IMG/VR virus record: IMGVR_UViG_3300027749_005768
Span: 1 to 53,223 of that record
DNA length: 53,223 bases
Source: a virus
Lineage: Duplodnaviria > Caudoviricetes
Strand: one strand, 5' to 3'
Shown: positions 10,773 through 20,494 of the stretch, piece after piece
How the letters are laid out: each line of letters opens with the position of its first letter
Numbering within the stretch: the stretch's first letter is position 1
Notes under the pieces: model-generated
What the model saw: the letters and a program-made list of their open reading frames with translations, nothing else
Told to the model about the DNA's origin: nothing
Databases searched by the model: none
Program-made: the position numbers and the translations under genes

Positions 10773-11530
10773 GCCGTGTAGATTTTTTTCTTGTTACATA
10801 TGATAGACTGTATGATAAGGTTATAGAAAATCTTAACCCGAAGGAACTAAATCATGTAACATGCTATAATATTCAGAAGAAAATTACAAAGAATATATCT
10901 ACTCTTATACAAAAACAAATTAACGAGTGGGAGCTTCCATGGAATTCGTATGATTACCAAACAAAGCAATTTTATGAATATGGTGCTATAGTTCATCTTT
11001 TTAAAAATCAGCACTTAATAGAACACACAACACATGTTGGATTGTTGCATTATGATGTTATATTTAACGATAATTCAATCGATAAAATCCATAAAGAACT
11101 CACAATAAACAGTGACATTATTTTTTATCAAAAGATAAGACCGAGAGAGCAACTATCCTTATCATTATTTGAAGTAATCAAACTTTGCGAATTTATGAGT
11201 GAAAGTATGGGTGTATATATTGACCCTAATATAGCTTGGAATAATGGTTGGATTAGTGAATCACTTAGTGTGACACCTAAACATATATTCTTAAAGTTTG
11301 GCGAATTTTTATACTTTCACGGTACTCAAATAGAATCTATTCTCAAAAATAATGTATGGGGTATTATGAATCACTGCCCTCATAGAATATGCGGTATAGT
11401 GGAGCGTATGTGGGGATTCTATCTTGTCTCGCAAGGTTTACCTCTTAAACAATTAAATGTAATACATGACTGGGATTCCTATCAGCATCAACACATGGCT
11501 ATGAACGGTACTGGTGTTGCAACAATTTAA
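10769..11530 (+). CDS. putative glycosyltransferase-like protein
   Basis: VGLLHYD, GIVERMWG; resembles 6971..7723; cluster context. Confidence 0.5.
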   Translation: MSRVDFFLVTYDRLYDKVIENLNPKELNHVTCYNIQKKITKNISTLIQKQINEWELPWNSYDYQTKQFYEYGAIVHLFKNQHLIEHTTHVGLLHYDVIFNDNSIDKIHKELTINSDIIFYQKIRPREQLSLSLFEVIKLCEFMSESMGVYIDPNIAWNNGWISESLSVTPKHIFLKFGEFLYFHGTQIESILKNNVWGIMNHCPHRICGIVERMWGFYLVSQGLPLKQLNVIHDWDSYQHQHMAMNGTGVATI

Positions 11531-11534
11531 ATTT

Positions 11535-12095
11535 ATGAACGAACAAATACAGCAAATACTAAATGTAACTAATCAAGAGCTCGATCAACTTGATACCTCA
11601 AATGTTAATGGGCATGATATGCATTTTGATATATCGTGTTATCATGGTAATAGTGGTAGAGAGCATTACAGGCTTTTAATTTATACATCTACATTGTTCA
11701 ACGACGTAACACTTTTTGATATCGGTACAAATGCATGTAGATCAGCTGTAGCTTTATCATTTAATAAAAATAATAAGCTTAAGTCGTATGACATTATTCA
11801 AGTAATGCCTACTAACCCTACACTGGATAATGTTGAGTTTATTTTAGGGGATTCAACTAAAGATACAGATATAACATCAACACCGTTTATATTTTTAGAT
11901 GTAGATCATGATGGTACTTACGAAAATATTTTTTATAATTTTCTAAAAGAAACTAAATGGAAAGGCTTACTAATGTTAGATGATATACATTTAAACGAAG
12001 AGATGAAATCGTTTTGGGCTAACATAACAGAAGAAAAATATGACATTACGTCAAAAGGTCATTGGAGTGGTACAGGCTTAGTTGTTTTTAAATGA
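11535..12095 (+). CDS. class I SAM methyltransferase
   Basis: FDIGT..CRSA, SYDI, FLDVDHDG, LDDIH, GHWSGTG. Confidence 0.75.
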   Translation: MNEQIQQILNVTNQELDQLDTSNVNGHDMHFDISCYHGNSGREHYRLLIYTSTLFNDVTLFDIGTNACRSAVALSFNKNNKLKSYDIIQVMPTNPTLDNVEFILGDSTKDTDITSTPFIFLDVDHDGTYENIFYNFLKETKWKGLLMLDDIHLNEEMKSFWANITEEKYDITSKGHWSGTGLVVFK

Positions 12096-12901
12096 GCAAA
12101 ATCTTTTATATTGATAATATTCTCAATGCTGCAAACTACGAGCAGTGTTGTAATTTTGTATTTTCACCACATGATGGTAAATTAGTAACACAGGAGTTTT
12201 TTGAACATAGCGGTGTTATTTTTTGCAAAACAGATTTTATACCGCAGCTGTTTGATATAATTAAAAATTCACCACATCAATATAATATTGTTACACATCA
12301 TTCTGATTATCCTATCGATAAAAAATTATTTTGCTTAAAACCGAAGTGTATTAAAAAATGGTATGCAATAAATCCTACTTATAGTCATCCTGATTTAATT
12401 GCAATACCTTTAGGTCTTAAAACACATAAAGGTTGTTATTTTGAACCTCAGTATATGACAGAATGGTTTGCATATAATATTAATAGACTATATAATAACG
12501 ATAAAAAACTAAACGTATATTGTAACTGGAATATTACAAATATTGAACGTAATAAAATAACTGAATCACTTAAAGTTAATAATATTAATATTACACATGA
12601 CTCTAATATTAACTTTAACGAATATATAGAACGAATATCACAACATAAATTTGTTATATCGCCTCCAGGTAATGGTATTGATTGTCATAGAACGTGGGAA
12701 GCTCTTTATGTAGGTAGCATACCAATTGTAATCAAGAATAATATATATGATAAATGGCGTGATTTACCTATATTACAGGTTAATAGTTATAACGATGTCA
12801 CACAAGAATTACTCGATACGTTTATAAAGCTACCGTGTAATTACGAAAAGTTATCAATTGATTATTGGAAACACAGAGTTAAATATATTAATGCCGGTTA
12901 A
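12092..12901 (+). CDS. exostosin-like (GT47-related) glycosyltransferase
   Basis: KFVISPPGNGIDCHRTWEALY.G.IPI. Confidence 0.75.
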   Translation: MSKIFYIDNILNAANYEQCCNFVFSPHDGKLVTQEFFEHSGVIFCKTDFIPQLFDIIKNSPHQYNIVTHHSDYPIDKKLFCLKPKCIKKWYAINPTYSHPDLIAIPLGLKTHKGCYFEPQYMTEWFAYNINRLYNNDKKLNVYCNWNITNIERNKITESLKVNNINITHDSNINFNEYIERISQHKFVISPPGNGIDCHRTWEALYVGSIPIVIKNNIYDKWRDLPILQVNSYNDVTQELLDTFIKLPCNYEKLSIDYWKHRVKYINAG

Positions 12902-13991
12902 TGAAGTACGAAATAAATTAAAAGTTTGCGTGTTGGGAAGCTGTAACCTTCAACACTTCCCTATTATCGATTACGGTGGTATAGAATCGTGTGTGGAGCA
13001 TCTTTGTACAGGTTTAAATACACACTTTAAAGATGAAGTTAAGTTTAGTGTTATAGTACCTAAGATTTTTGAAAATCGTGAAATTACAGAACAATATAGC
13101 TTCAATATTATTGAAGCTAATTATATAGGTTGCAGTCAGTCAGGGGTACATCCTATTAATTTTGCTTTAGAGGTAAAGCAAATGATAGGTAATGCGCCCG
13201 TTAAACCTGATGTAATTTGGTCACAAGGTGATTGGTCTGTCAAAGGCTTGTACGAACTAGGGATACCTATTATAGCCACTATACATGATAGCGGACCGTG
13301 GGTTGATGGTAAATATATTTTTAAAGAGAATGTCTACTATCGTTTTGTATCTAAATTTCTTTACGATTTTGTTTTTCAAGACTCTGAAAATAATCAAACT
13401 ATAAAAGATGTTAAGTCAAAAAGCTTTTGGTGTCATTCCGGATTAGATGATTATGAATACGATTTTGAACCTAATAAAGAAGATTATATTTTATGGGTAG
13501 CTGGTTTAAATTGGGGCTTGGAGAGTAAAGGTTTAGATACATTTATAGAATTGGCGAGAAGGCTACCAGAGGAGAAGTTTGTCGCGTACGGTACGGGTAA
13601 CGATGAAATTGCAAACTACCTAGTTAATGTATCAAAAGAATTACCTAATTTTGATTTTAGAGGTAAGTTAAATAGAGATCATACGCACCGCGAGGCATTT
13701 AAAAAAGCAAAGCTATTTGCAATGCTTAGTAGAATTCCAGAAGCATTTGGTAGAACGGGGTTAGAAGCTCTTTCAAAAGGTACACCTGTTATTGGTTCTA
13801 ATTACGGTTCTGTACCTGAGCAAGTCGGTCACCCTAATATTGGCTTTTGTTCAGATAATATAGATGAATTAGTTGAGTCTATTAAAAATAATAATTTTAA
13901 TAGTGAGCAATGCTATAACTTCACACGTAATAATTACCATGTAAAGAATGAAATACAGGGTATGCTTAAATTTACAAATTCTATTTTATGA
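12891..13991 (+). CDS. GT4 glycosyltransferase
   Basis: YGGIE, ATIH, KG, EAFGRTGLEALSKGTPVI. Confidence 0.88.
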   Translation: MPVNEVRNKLKVCVLGSCNLQHFPIIDYGGIESCVEHLCTGLNTHFKDEVKFSVIVPKIFENREITEQYSFNIIEANYIGCSQSGVHPINFALEVKQMIGNAPVKPDVIWSQGDWSVKGLYELGIPIIATIHDSGPWVDGKYIFKENVYYRFVSKFLYDFVFQDSENNQTIKDVKSKSFWCHSGLDDYEYDFEPNKEDYILWVAGLNWGLESKGLDTFIELARRLPEEKFVAYGTGNDEIANYLVNVSKELPNFDFRGKLNRDHTHREAFKKAKLFAMLSRIPEAFGRTGLEALSKGTPVIGSNYGSVPEQVGHPNIGFCSDNIDELVESIKNNNFNSEQCYNFTRNNYHVKNEIQGMLKFTNSIL

Positions 13992-14593
13992 TTAATACAT
14001 ACAATAATAATATAATTGATACTTTAAAAAGTTTCTGCAATCTCGGCGCTTTCGGTCCAGGTGCATTATTATATAACCCTAATACAGAGGGTATGCACGA
14101 GCAATTAAGCTTTATTACAAGAGCGGTTCAGAACAAAAATATAGATTATGTCCTTGAAACTGGTACCGAATCTGGTCTTTTTTGTTATTTTATAAAATGT
14201 GTACTACCGAATGTACAAGTAATTACATTCGGTATGAATGGGGTAGATGATAATCGAGCTCAGAAATGCACAGATTTTTTAAATACAGAATTTAATAATT
14301 ATATTAAATTTATTGAAGGTGATAGTAAAATTACTCTAACATCTCTAACTAATACACCACAAATTAATTTTGCGTGGATTGATGGTGGTCATGATATACC
14401 TACCATTACTGCTGATTTAAATAACTGTAAACGACTCAATATTCCTATTATTTGTGTAGATGACTATTATATGATACATGATATTGTACAACCTGTTATT
14501 GTAGATTTTATAGCTAATAATCCTGAATATAAAATATCAGCAATATCAGATAAAGTTGATGATAGAGGCATATGTTTAATAGAACTTATATAA
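13988..14593 (+). CDS. class I SAM methyltransferase (Methyltransf_24-like)
   Basis: LETGTESG, IEGDS, AWIDGGHD, VDDY. Confidence 0.8.
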   Translation: MINTYNNNIIDTLKSFCNLGAFGPGALLYNPNTEGMHEQLSFITRAVQNKNIDYVLETGTESGLFCYFIKCVLPNVQVITFGMNGVDDNRAQKCTDFLNTEFNNYIKFIEGDSKITLTSLTNTPQINFAWIDGGHDIPTITADLNNCKRLNIPIICVDDYYMIHDIVQPVIVDFIANNPEYKISAISDKVDDRGICLIELI

Positions 14594-14594
14594 T

Positions 14595-15593
14595 ATGAAA
14601 GCTGTTATTATAGGTAGTGGGTTATCCGGAATTACTGCTGCAATTCTCTTAAGGAGAAAGGGATATGAAGTAGAAGTTTTTGAGACAAGAAATCATATTG
14701 GGGGTAATTGTTATGATTCTAACGTTAACGGAACCATGTTACATAGTTATGGACCTCATATCTTTCATACAGATGATGATGAAGTCTATAATTTTTTAAG
14801 TAACTATACAGAATGGCTTCCATTTAAATTACAACCTAAAGGTAATTCCAGACTAGGTCTAATATCATTGCCTTACAGTAAAAAGACTATTTCTGAAATT
14901 GGTAGAGAATTATCACAAGAAGAAATCATGGAGTATATCTTTAAAGATTATTCAGAAAAACAATGGGGTGTTCCTTTTGATGAAATACCTAAGTCTATTA
15001 CTAATAGGATACCAAAGACAAAAGATTCAGAAGACCCTACTTGGTTTGAAGGTCAGAAGTATCAATGTATTCCAAAACATGGCTACACAGTAATGATGAC
15101 TAAAATGCTAGAAGGTATTAAAGTCAATACAAACTGTGATAAAAACGATTGGAAGAAAGAAAAAACAGACTTAGTTGTTTATACAGGTAAGATTGATGAG
15201 TATTTTGATTATACTTTCGGTCAATTGCCTTACAGATCATTAGAGTTTAGACATCATATCACAAAGGATAAGCAAGATACCTTCATTATTAATCAGAACA
15301 ATAAGGAAGTAGATTATACCAGAAAGTATGATCATAGTTATTTCACTGAAAATCATAAAGGACTAACAGTGATAACAGAAGAATATCCTAAACAATATGA
15401 AGAAGGAGATATACCGTTTTATTCTATACCGTTTGGGGAAGGTATGGAAATGTATAGCAAGTATAAAAAATTAGCTGAAGAAGAAAATAATGTAATATTT
15501 GCTGGAAGATTAGCAACCTATACTTATCTGGATATGTGGATGGCGATAAAACAGGTAATGTTAAAGTTGAAAAATATTAACTCTATACTATAA
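14595..15593 (+). CDS. glf: UDP-galactopyranose mutase
   Basis: IIGSGLSG FAD motif, HIGGNCYD, H.YGPHIFHT, YS.KQWG, LPYRSL, GRLATY.Y.DM. Confidence 0.93.
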   Translation: MKAVIIGSGLSGITAAILLRRKGYEVEVFETRNHIGGNCYDSNVNGTMLHSYGPHIFHTDDDEVYNFLSNYTEWLPFKLQPKGNSRLGLISLPYSKKTISEIGRELSQEEIMEYIFKDYSEKQWGVPFDEIPKSITNRIPKTKDSEDPTWFEGQKYQCIPKHGYTVMMTKMLEGIKVNTNCDKNDWKKEKTDLVVYTGKIDEYFDYTFGQLPYRSLEFRHHITKDKQDTFIINQNNKEVDYTRKYDHSYFTENHKGLTVITEEYPKQYEEGDIPFYSIPFGEGMEMYSKYKKLAEEENNVIFAGRLATYTYLDMWMAIKQVMLKLKNINSIL

Positions 15594-15594
15594 T
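15567..15594 (+). promoter_or_regulatory. sigma70-like promoter
   Basis: TTGAAA-N16-TATAAT, ATG 6 nt downstream. Confidence 0.6.
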
Positions 15595-15600
15595 AACTAT

Positions 15601-16182
15601 ATGATTGCTCAACAACATATATATGACGGTTCACTAATTCACTCCCGCTTTGCATACCGCTTCTTTAATAAGGAAGTATCACCTTACGGTAACATTGTTG
15701 CTTTTAGAGCTCCAATGTTTGTAAGTGATAACCTAATTGATCTTGAAGATTCTCTTACTAAGGATTATATCTTTAGTGATGATGCTATTAATTTCTGCTG
15801 GGAGATTCCTAACTTGTGCCCTATTGGTGCTGTAGCTTTTCAACGACTTCTTAATACAGCAATTGCAAATGTACTATCTCATATTATTCAAAGACCTATT
15901 CAAATGAAGGGTGATGATCTTATGGTTCATGACACATTTCTTGGCTCTGATAAGACGGAACGTGAAGTAGGTAAGGTTAGTGTATCTATTACATACTCTA
16001 AGGATAATGTAGCAATTGGTCATACAGGTATTAACGTTAATGCAGGTAAAAAAGCACCAGGATTTGCATATAGCTCTAATCTTAATGATGATCAAATTGA
16101 AGTATTTATTGCTAAGGTAGTAAACTACTTTAATAATGAAGTTAAGGACATTCAAATCGCGACTAGTAAGATTATTGTATGA
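15601..16182 (+). CDS. DUF366-family protein (BPL/LplA-like fold)
   Basis: YDGS.I...AY, IVAFR.P, IDLED, QRLL, GDDL, K.SVSI, H.GINV recalled as DUF366 motifs. Confidence 0.7.
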   Translation: MIAQQHIYDGSLIHSRFAYRFFNKEVSPYGNIVAFRAPMFVSDNLIDLEDSLTKDYIFSDDAINFCWEIPNLCPIGAVAFQRLLNTAIANVLSHIIQRPIQMKGDDLMVHDTFLGSDKTEREVGKVSVSITYSKDNVAIGHTGINVNAGKKAPGFAYSSNLNDDQIEVFIAKVVNYFNNEVKDIQIATSKIIV

Positions 16183-16556
16183 ACTTCTTTGATTTACTAA
16201 GAAAATTAGTTTTTAGTAAAAAGACAAACGCTGAAGATCTCGACTATGAAGGTCTTCAAGCGTTTGTTCCTTATATGCTAAATAGATGGATTTCTTTTTA
16301 CGATAAATCACAAGCTGTATTTGTAAACGAAACGTTTAATAGATTTACAGGCTTATTTGATGATAAGAACGAACACTACAAACTATACCATCACTTACTA
16401 CCTACAAGTAAGTATAAAAAAATTGCGTATGTAAAAAAGAAAAAAGAGAAGGAAGAAAAGGAAGATATAAATATTCCTATTCTTGCACGCAATCAAATGA
16501 TATCGCAACGTGAGGTAAGTATATACCTGGACTTTATTAAGACACTACCTAATTAA
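16179..16556 (+). CDS. clamp loader small subunit (T4 gp62-like)
   Basis: FVPYMLNRWIS, N/E..N, K-rich segment; size and phage context. Confidence 0.65.
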   Translation: MNFFDLLRKLVFSKKTNAEDLDYEGLQAFVPYMLNRWISFYDKSQAVFVNETFNRFTGLFDDKNEHYKLYHHLLPTSKYKKIAYVKKKKEKEEKEDINIPILARNQMISQREVSIYLDFIKTLPN

Positions 16557-16560
16557 CTAT

Positions 16561-16986
16561 ATGGCATCAAGAAGCATCGATACGCTAGCACCAATGAAAA
16601 GTCTTATTGACTTATCTTCACATTCAGATGGAGATTTCGGGTTAGAAGATTTAGAACTAACTTTCATCTTAGATGATATTATTCTCGTTGAATATGTCGA
16701 TATGACTGCAGATGGTGATGGTATACTTAGAAATGGAATTTATATTCCTACTAATACAATAACAAAAGCATGGAGAAAAGCTAAAGTTATTCTTGCTGGG
16801 CCAGATGTAAAGTATACTAAGGTAGGAGATATTGTGCTATTCCCTAGTAACTTAGGTATTACGGTTGCTAATATGGCTATTAAAGATCACGGTATTGTAG
16901 GTAATGGTGTATTTTTAAATGAGAGTAGAATTTTTGGTATTTGTAAAGCAAAAGAAATAAATGATAGTACCACAACAGACGCTTGA
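16561..16986 (+). CDS. groES: co-chaperonin GroES-like
   Basis: D.ILVE, GIYIP mobile loop, KVILAGP...KVGD.VLF, E..I.G. Confidence 0.75.
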   Translation: MASRSIDTLAPMKSLIDLSSHSDGDFGLEDLELTFILDDIILVEYVDMTADGDGILRNGIYIPTNTITKAWRKAKVILAGPDVKYTKVGDIVLFPSNLGITVANMAIKDHGIVGNGVFLNESRIFGICKAKEINDSTTTDA

Positions 16987-17338
16987 AACATTACTGTTAG
17001 GTAATGTTCTCGATTTAAGATTTACAAGACGTATTCCTGTTGCTGGAAAACCAGCGACTCGTAGAATGATCTGTACAAAATCTTTTGAGTTATTAAACTC
17101 AACCAACGGTAAAATTGTCTTAAATTATACACCACCTAAACACGGAAAACAGCTTAATGAAGCTATTACTAATACGTGTGTTGTATGGGATTTATTAATG
17201 CAAAATTATCGCGTTGTATCTGCTGATCAAGTAGATGTTATAAGAGAGATGCCTGCAAATGATAAATTTTGGAAAATATTCAATGCTGAAATTCTTCCTA
17301 TGTCAGTAGACCAAAAAATTAACTTTATGAACTCATGA
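16961..17338 (+). CDS. conserved T4-like phage protein (Sm/SH3-like, WYL_2-like)
   Basis: LRFTRR...RRMICT...VWDL...YR pattern. Confidence 0.5.
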   Translation: MIVPQQTLETLLLGNVLDLRFTRRIPVAGKPATRRMICTKSFELLNSTNGKIVLNYTPPKHGKQLNEAITNTCVVWDLLMQNYRVVSADQVDVIREMPANDKFWKIFNAEILPMSVDQKINFMNS

Positions 17339-17679
17339 CACTTGAAATTTACAATAAAATTTTACAAAACTTTCTTCAGTCTAAAGTTACCTTTAAGTGT
17401 GATAATAAAGTATTAAAGACAGGAAAATTAAAACTTTTTAATGTAAAGCAATATTTTATAAAGTTCTATATAGAGACAGATAAAGGAGAAAGTAAAGTTT
17501 TAGAGCTACCGTATCCTTTTTTAATGAATTATGGTGATAATGGTATATGTACTTTAAACTATAGAGTAAGCTCTTTATGTAATAATACACAGCCAGTAAT
17601 AGGCAGACTAAAAACATGTAAGACAACTTCTTCTCATAAAATTTACGATAATGTTGTCAACATTATACCTATTAATTGA
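17335..17679 (+). CDS. hypothetical protein
   Basis: 114-aa ORF coupled by ATGA overlap. Confidence 0.6.
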   Translation: MTLEIYNKILQNFLQSKVTFKCDNKVLKTGKLKLFNVKQYFIKFYIETDKGESKVLELPYPFLMNYGDNGICTLNYRVSSLCNNTQPVIGRLKTCKTTSSHKIYDNVVNIIPIN

Positions 17680-17706
17680 GAGGGAACTAGCATATAATAG
17701 TAATAT

Positions 17707-19344
17707 ATGCTTAATGGGTTATTACAAAAATTTCCGGAACCGTTTACTCCGAATAAGTCTCAAGTTAAACTGATTAAAAATATTGAGCAAGCGTTTGATG
17801 ATGGTTATAAGTTTGTAGTGTGCAGTGCACCGACAGGGTCAGGTAAATCATTTATATCTAAAACATTAGGTAATGATTCAAAAGAGCCTTCAGAAGATTA
17901 TATTGATCTTGTAAATTCATATCAAATCTATAAGCATAATAACGTTGGAGGTTATCAAAATGAAGCTGAGGATGAAAAACCGTTTGGTGCTTTTGCTCTT
18001 ACAATTACAAAGGCTCTACAAGATCAATATAAAGAATTATTTGATGATGTAGATGTTCTCAAAGGTAAGTCAAACTATCAATGCAGTTATGATAATAACT
18101 TCACAGTTGAGAGTGCACCGTGTGTACATATTAAGAGCTTAAAAGAGGACTGCTGGAAGAAGAATAGCTGTCCATACTATAATGCAAGAAACAAAGCTCT
18201 TACATCTAAGTTTGCTACACTAAACTATAATATGTTCTTTGCGTTACCAGCGCACGTAAAACGTAAGCAGTATCTTATTTGTGATGAAGCTTCTGAATTA
18301 GAAGATCAACTTGTTAAGGAATTTTCATGTCAGGTTAATTATGATTTTCTTAAAAAGTCAATGGTAATCATCCGTCCGTTTCCAAGTGATACAGATTACG
18401 GTAAGGTTGGTAAGTGGGTTAATACTCTATGTCAAGATATTGAGGAACGCGTCGAGGAGTTACGTGAGGAAATTACAAATAAAAGTGCAAAACGTACTCC
18501 TGCTGCTTTAAACGAACGGAAGAATGAAGTAATTTTACTACTAAACATTCATAGTAAGTTACGAGCTATTGTAGATACATGGCATGATAGTGAGTATCTT
18601 TTTGAACGAGTTGCAAAGGGAATTAATTTTATGCCTCTTAAGGTAGATAAACTATCTAGGTATTTGTTTGAGTATGCTGATAAAGTAATTCTTATGTCAG
18701 CTACAATTATTGACCCTGCAAATTTTTGTAAAACCTTAGGGATTGATAAGTTTAAATATATTGAAGCAGAGTCTACTTTTGATCCTAATAAAGCTCCAAT
18801 TTATGCCAATACAAAAGTAAAGTTAAACTATAGTAATATGCAGGCTAATTTACCTAAAATTGTAAGTCAGATCGAGCAGATCTGTAAGCACCATGAAAAT
18901 GATAAGGGACTTATTCATACGCAGACAAATACTATTACAAAATATCTTCAAGATAATCTTAAGTGTTCTCGTATTTTATATCGTGAACCAGGTGTACGAA
19001 ATGAAGAAATTTTAGATAAGCATTTTAATTCAGATAAGCCAACAATTATGGCTTCACCATCTATGTCTCATGGTGTAGATTTAAAAGACGATTTAGCACG
19101 TTTTCAGATTATTATTAAGGCACCATATCTACCTACTAATGATAAACGAGTAGAAAGAATGATGAAGGTAGACTTTAGCTGGTATACAAATAAAATGCTT
19201 AGTTCGCTTATTCAATCATGTGGACGTGGTGTTAGATCTAATAAGGACCACTGCATTACGTATATTCTTGATGCCGCAATTGTAGAAAATATTGTTAAGT
19301 ATAAACATAAGATTCCGAAATACTTTTTAGATAGATTTGTCTAG
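17707..19344 (+). CDS. DinG/XPD-like SF2 helicase with putative Fe-S cysteines
   Basis: APTGSGKS, LQDQ, KGKSNYQC...C...C...CPYY, CDEA, MSAT, GVDL, Q.CGRGVR..D....YILD. Confidence 0.88.
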   Translation: MLNGLLQKFPEPFTPNKSQVKLIKNIEQAFDDGYKFVVCSAPTGSGKSFISKTLGNDSKEPSEDYIDLVNSYQIYKHNNVGGYQNEAEDEKPFGAFALTITKALQDQYKELFDDVDVLKGKSNYQCSYDNNFTVESAPCVHIKSLKEDCWKKNSCPYYNARNKALTSKFATLNYNMFFALPAHVKRKQYLICDEASELEDQLVKEFSCQVNYDFLKKSMVIIRPFPSDTDYGKVGKWVNTLCQDIEERVEELREEITNKSAKRTPAALNERKNEVILLLNIHSKLRAIVDTWHDSEYLFERVAKGINFMPLKVDKLSRYLFEYADKVILMSATIIDPANFCKTLGIDKFKYIEAESTFDPNKAPIYANTKVKLNYSNMQANLPKIVSQIEQICKHHENDKGLIHTQTNTITKYLQDNLKCSRILYREPGVRNEEILDKHFNSDKPTIMASPSMSHGVDLKDDLARFQIIIKAPYLPTNDKRVERMMKVDFSWYTNKMLSSLIQSCGRGVRSNKDHCITYILDAAIVENIVKYKHKIPKYFLDRFV

Positions 19345-19357
19345 ACTAAATAATATT

Positions 19358-20479
19358 ATCAAAGATTATACTTACAATTTTGAAATAAAGGATCTACTTA
19401 CGCAATTTATTGCGGCTTTCGATGATGTTGTTATAAAGCGTTATGACAAAGATAGAAATGCAAAAGAAGACGTTGAGGTTCGTTATGTTTTAGCTCCTAA
19501 ACAACGGGTAATGTATGATATTGTTAATAAAGCACAAAATTTAACATTACCCGTTGTTGCTGTTAATGTTACTGGTATCTCAAGGGATACAACAAGAGTC
19601 TTTAATAAGCTTGATAGTATCTATAATCCGTTGAGTGAGACGAATAATAGTAATATTAAGATGCCAGTCCCTATTAATATTGAAGTTAATATGTCTATAT
19701 TAGCTAGATATATGCAGGATATGGATCAAATATTATCTAACTTTATACCATATAATAACCCATACATAATTCTTTCATGGAAGGAGCCTGCTGTTAATCC
19801 TCGTCAGGTTGTAGAAATACGATCAGAGGTATTATGGGGAGGTAATATAAGTTTAACTGAACCTACAGATACAACATACTCTGAAAAGTTTAGAATAGTT
19901 GCAGATACATCATTTACTATTAAAGGTTGGTTATTTAAAAATCAAAATGATTTATCTGCACCTATTTATTTTATTGATACAAACTTTATACCTGTAGATA
20001 AAGGGTTAATTATAAACATAGACGATTATAATTTTAATTATAACACACTCTCTACAACTGCTTCTAGCATTCCAGAGGTTGAAACAGTTAGTATATCTGC
20101 TATACCTACGTTTACAAATATATATTATAATTTATCTGGAGAAGGTAAACTACACGAGGTGAGTACTAACTTTAAAATAAATAATAAGTTTATTAATAAC
20201 TTTTTTATATATGGTAGTAATTTTAACCATACTACAGCTGTAATACTGAGTACAAATAAAACACTTGTAGGTACACTAACAAGTATTGCATCACGTTATA
20301 CTGGTACTACTACAGGGTATATAATTAGTGCATTATCATATAACATACTTACAGATAATATAATGACTATTTCTTTACCGCCTTTAACAGGTTCAAGTGA
20401 TTTTAATATTATAGTTAATAACGATGCAGGTTGGGGCTCATCTTACGATATAAATAACTTTACTTTTACGAACACCTGA
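19358..20479 (+). CDS. tail terminator / sheath stabiliser (T4 gp15-like); start uncertain (ATC 19358 or TTG 19337)
   Basis: F..AFDDV.I.R, V...APKQ, LP....TGISRD..R, MPVP.NI...MSI..RY..D.DQI...F.P. Confidence 0.75.
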   Translation: MKDYTYNFEIKDLLTQFIAAFDDVVIKRYDKDRNAKEDVEVRYVLAPKQRVMYDIVNKAQNLTLPVVAVNVTGISRDTTRVFNKLDSIYNPLSETNNSNIKMPVPINIEVNMSILARYMQDMDQILSNFIPYNNPYIILSWKEPAVNPRQVVEIRSEVLWGGNISLTEPTDTTYSEKFRIVADTSFTIKGWLFKNQNDLSAPIYFIDTNFIPVDKGLIINIDDYNFNYNTLSTTASSIPEVETVSISAIPTFTNIYYNLSGEGKLHEVSTNFKINNKFINNFFIYGSNFNHTTAVILSTNKTLVGTLTSIASRYTGTTTGYIISALSYNILTDNIMTISLPPLTGSSDFNIIVNNDAGWGSSYDINNFTFTNT

Positions 20480-20494
20480 ATAAATAAGTTGTAG

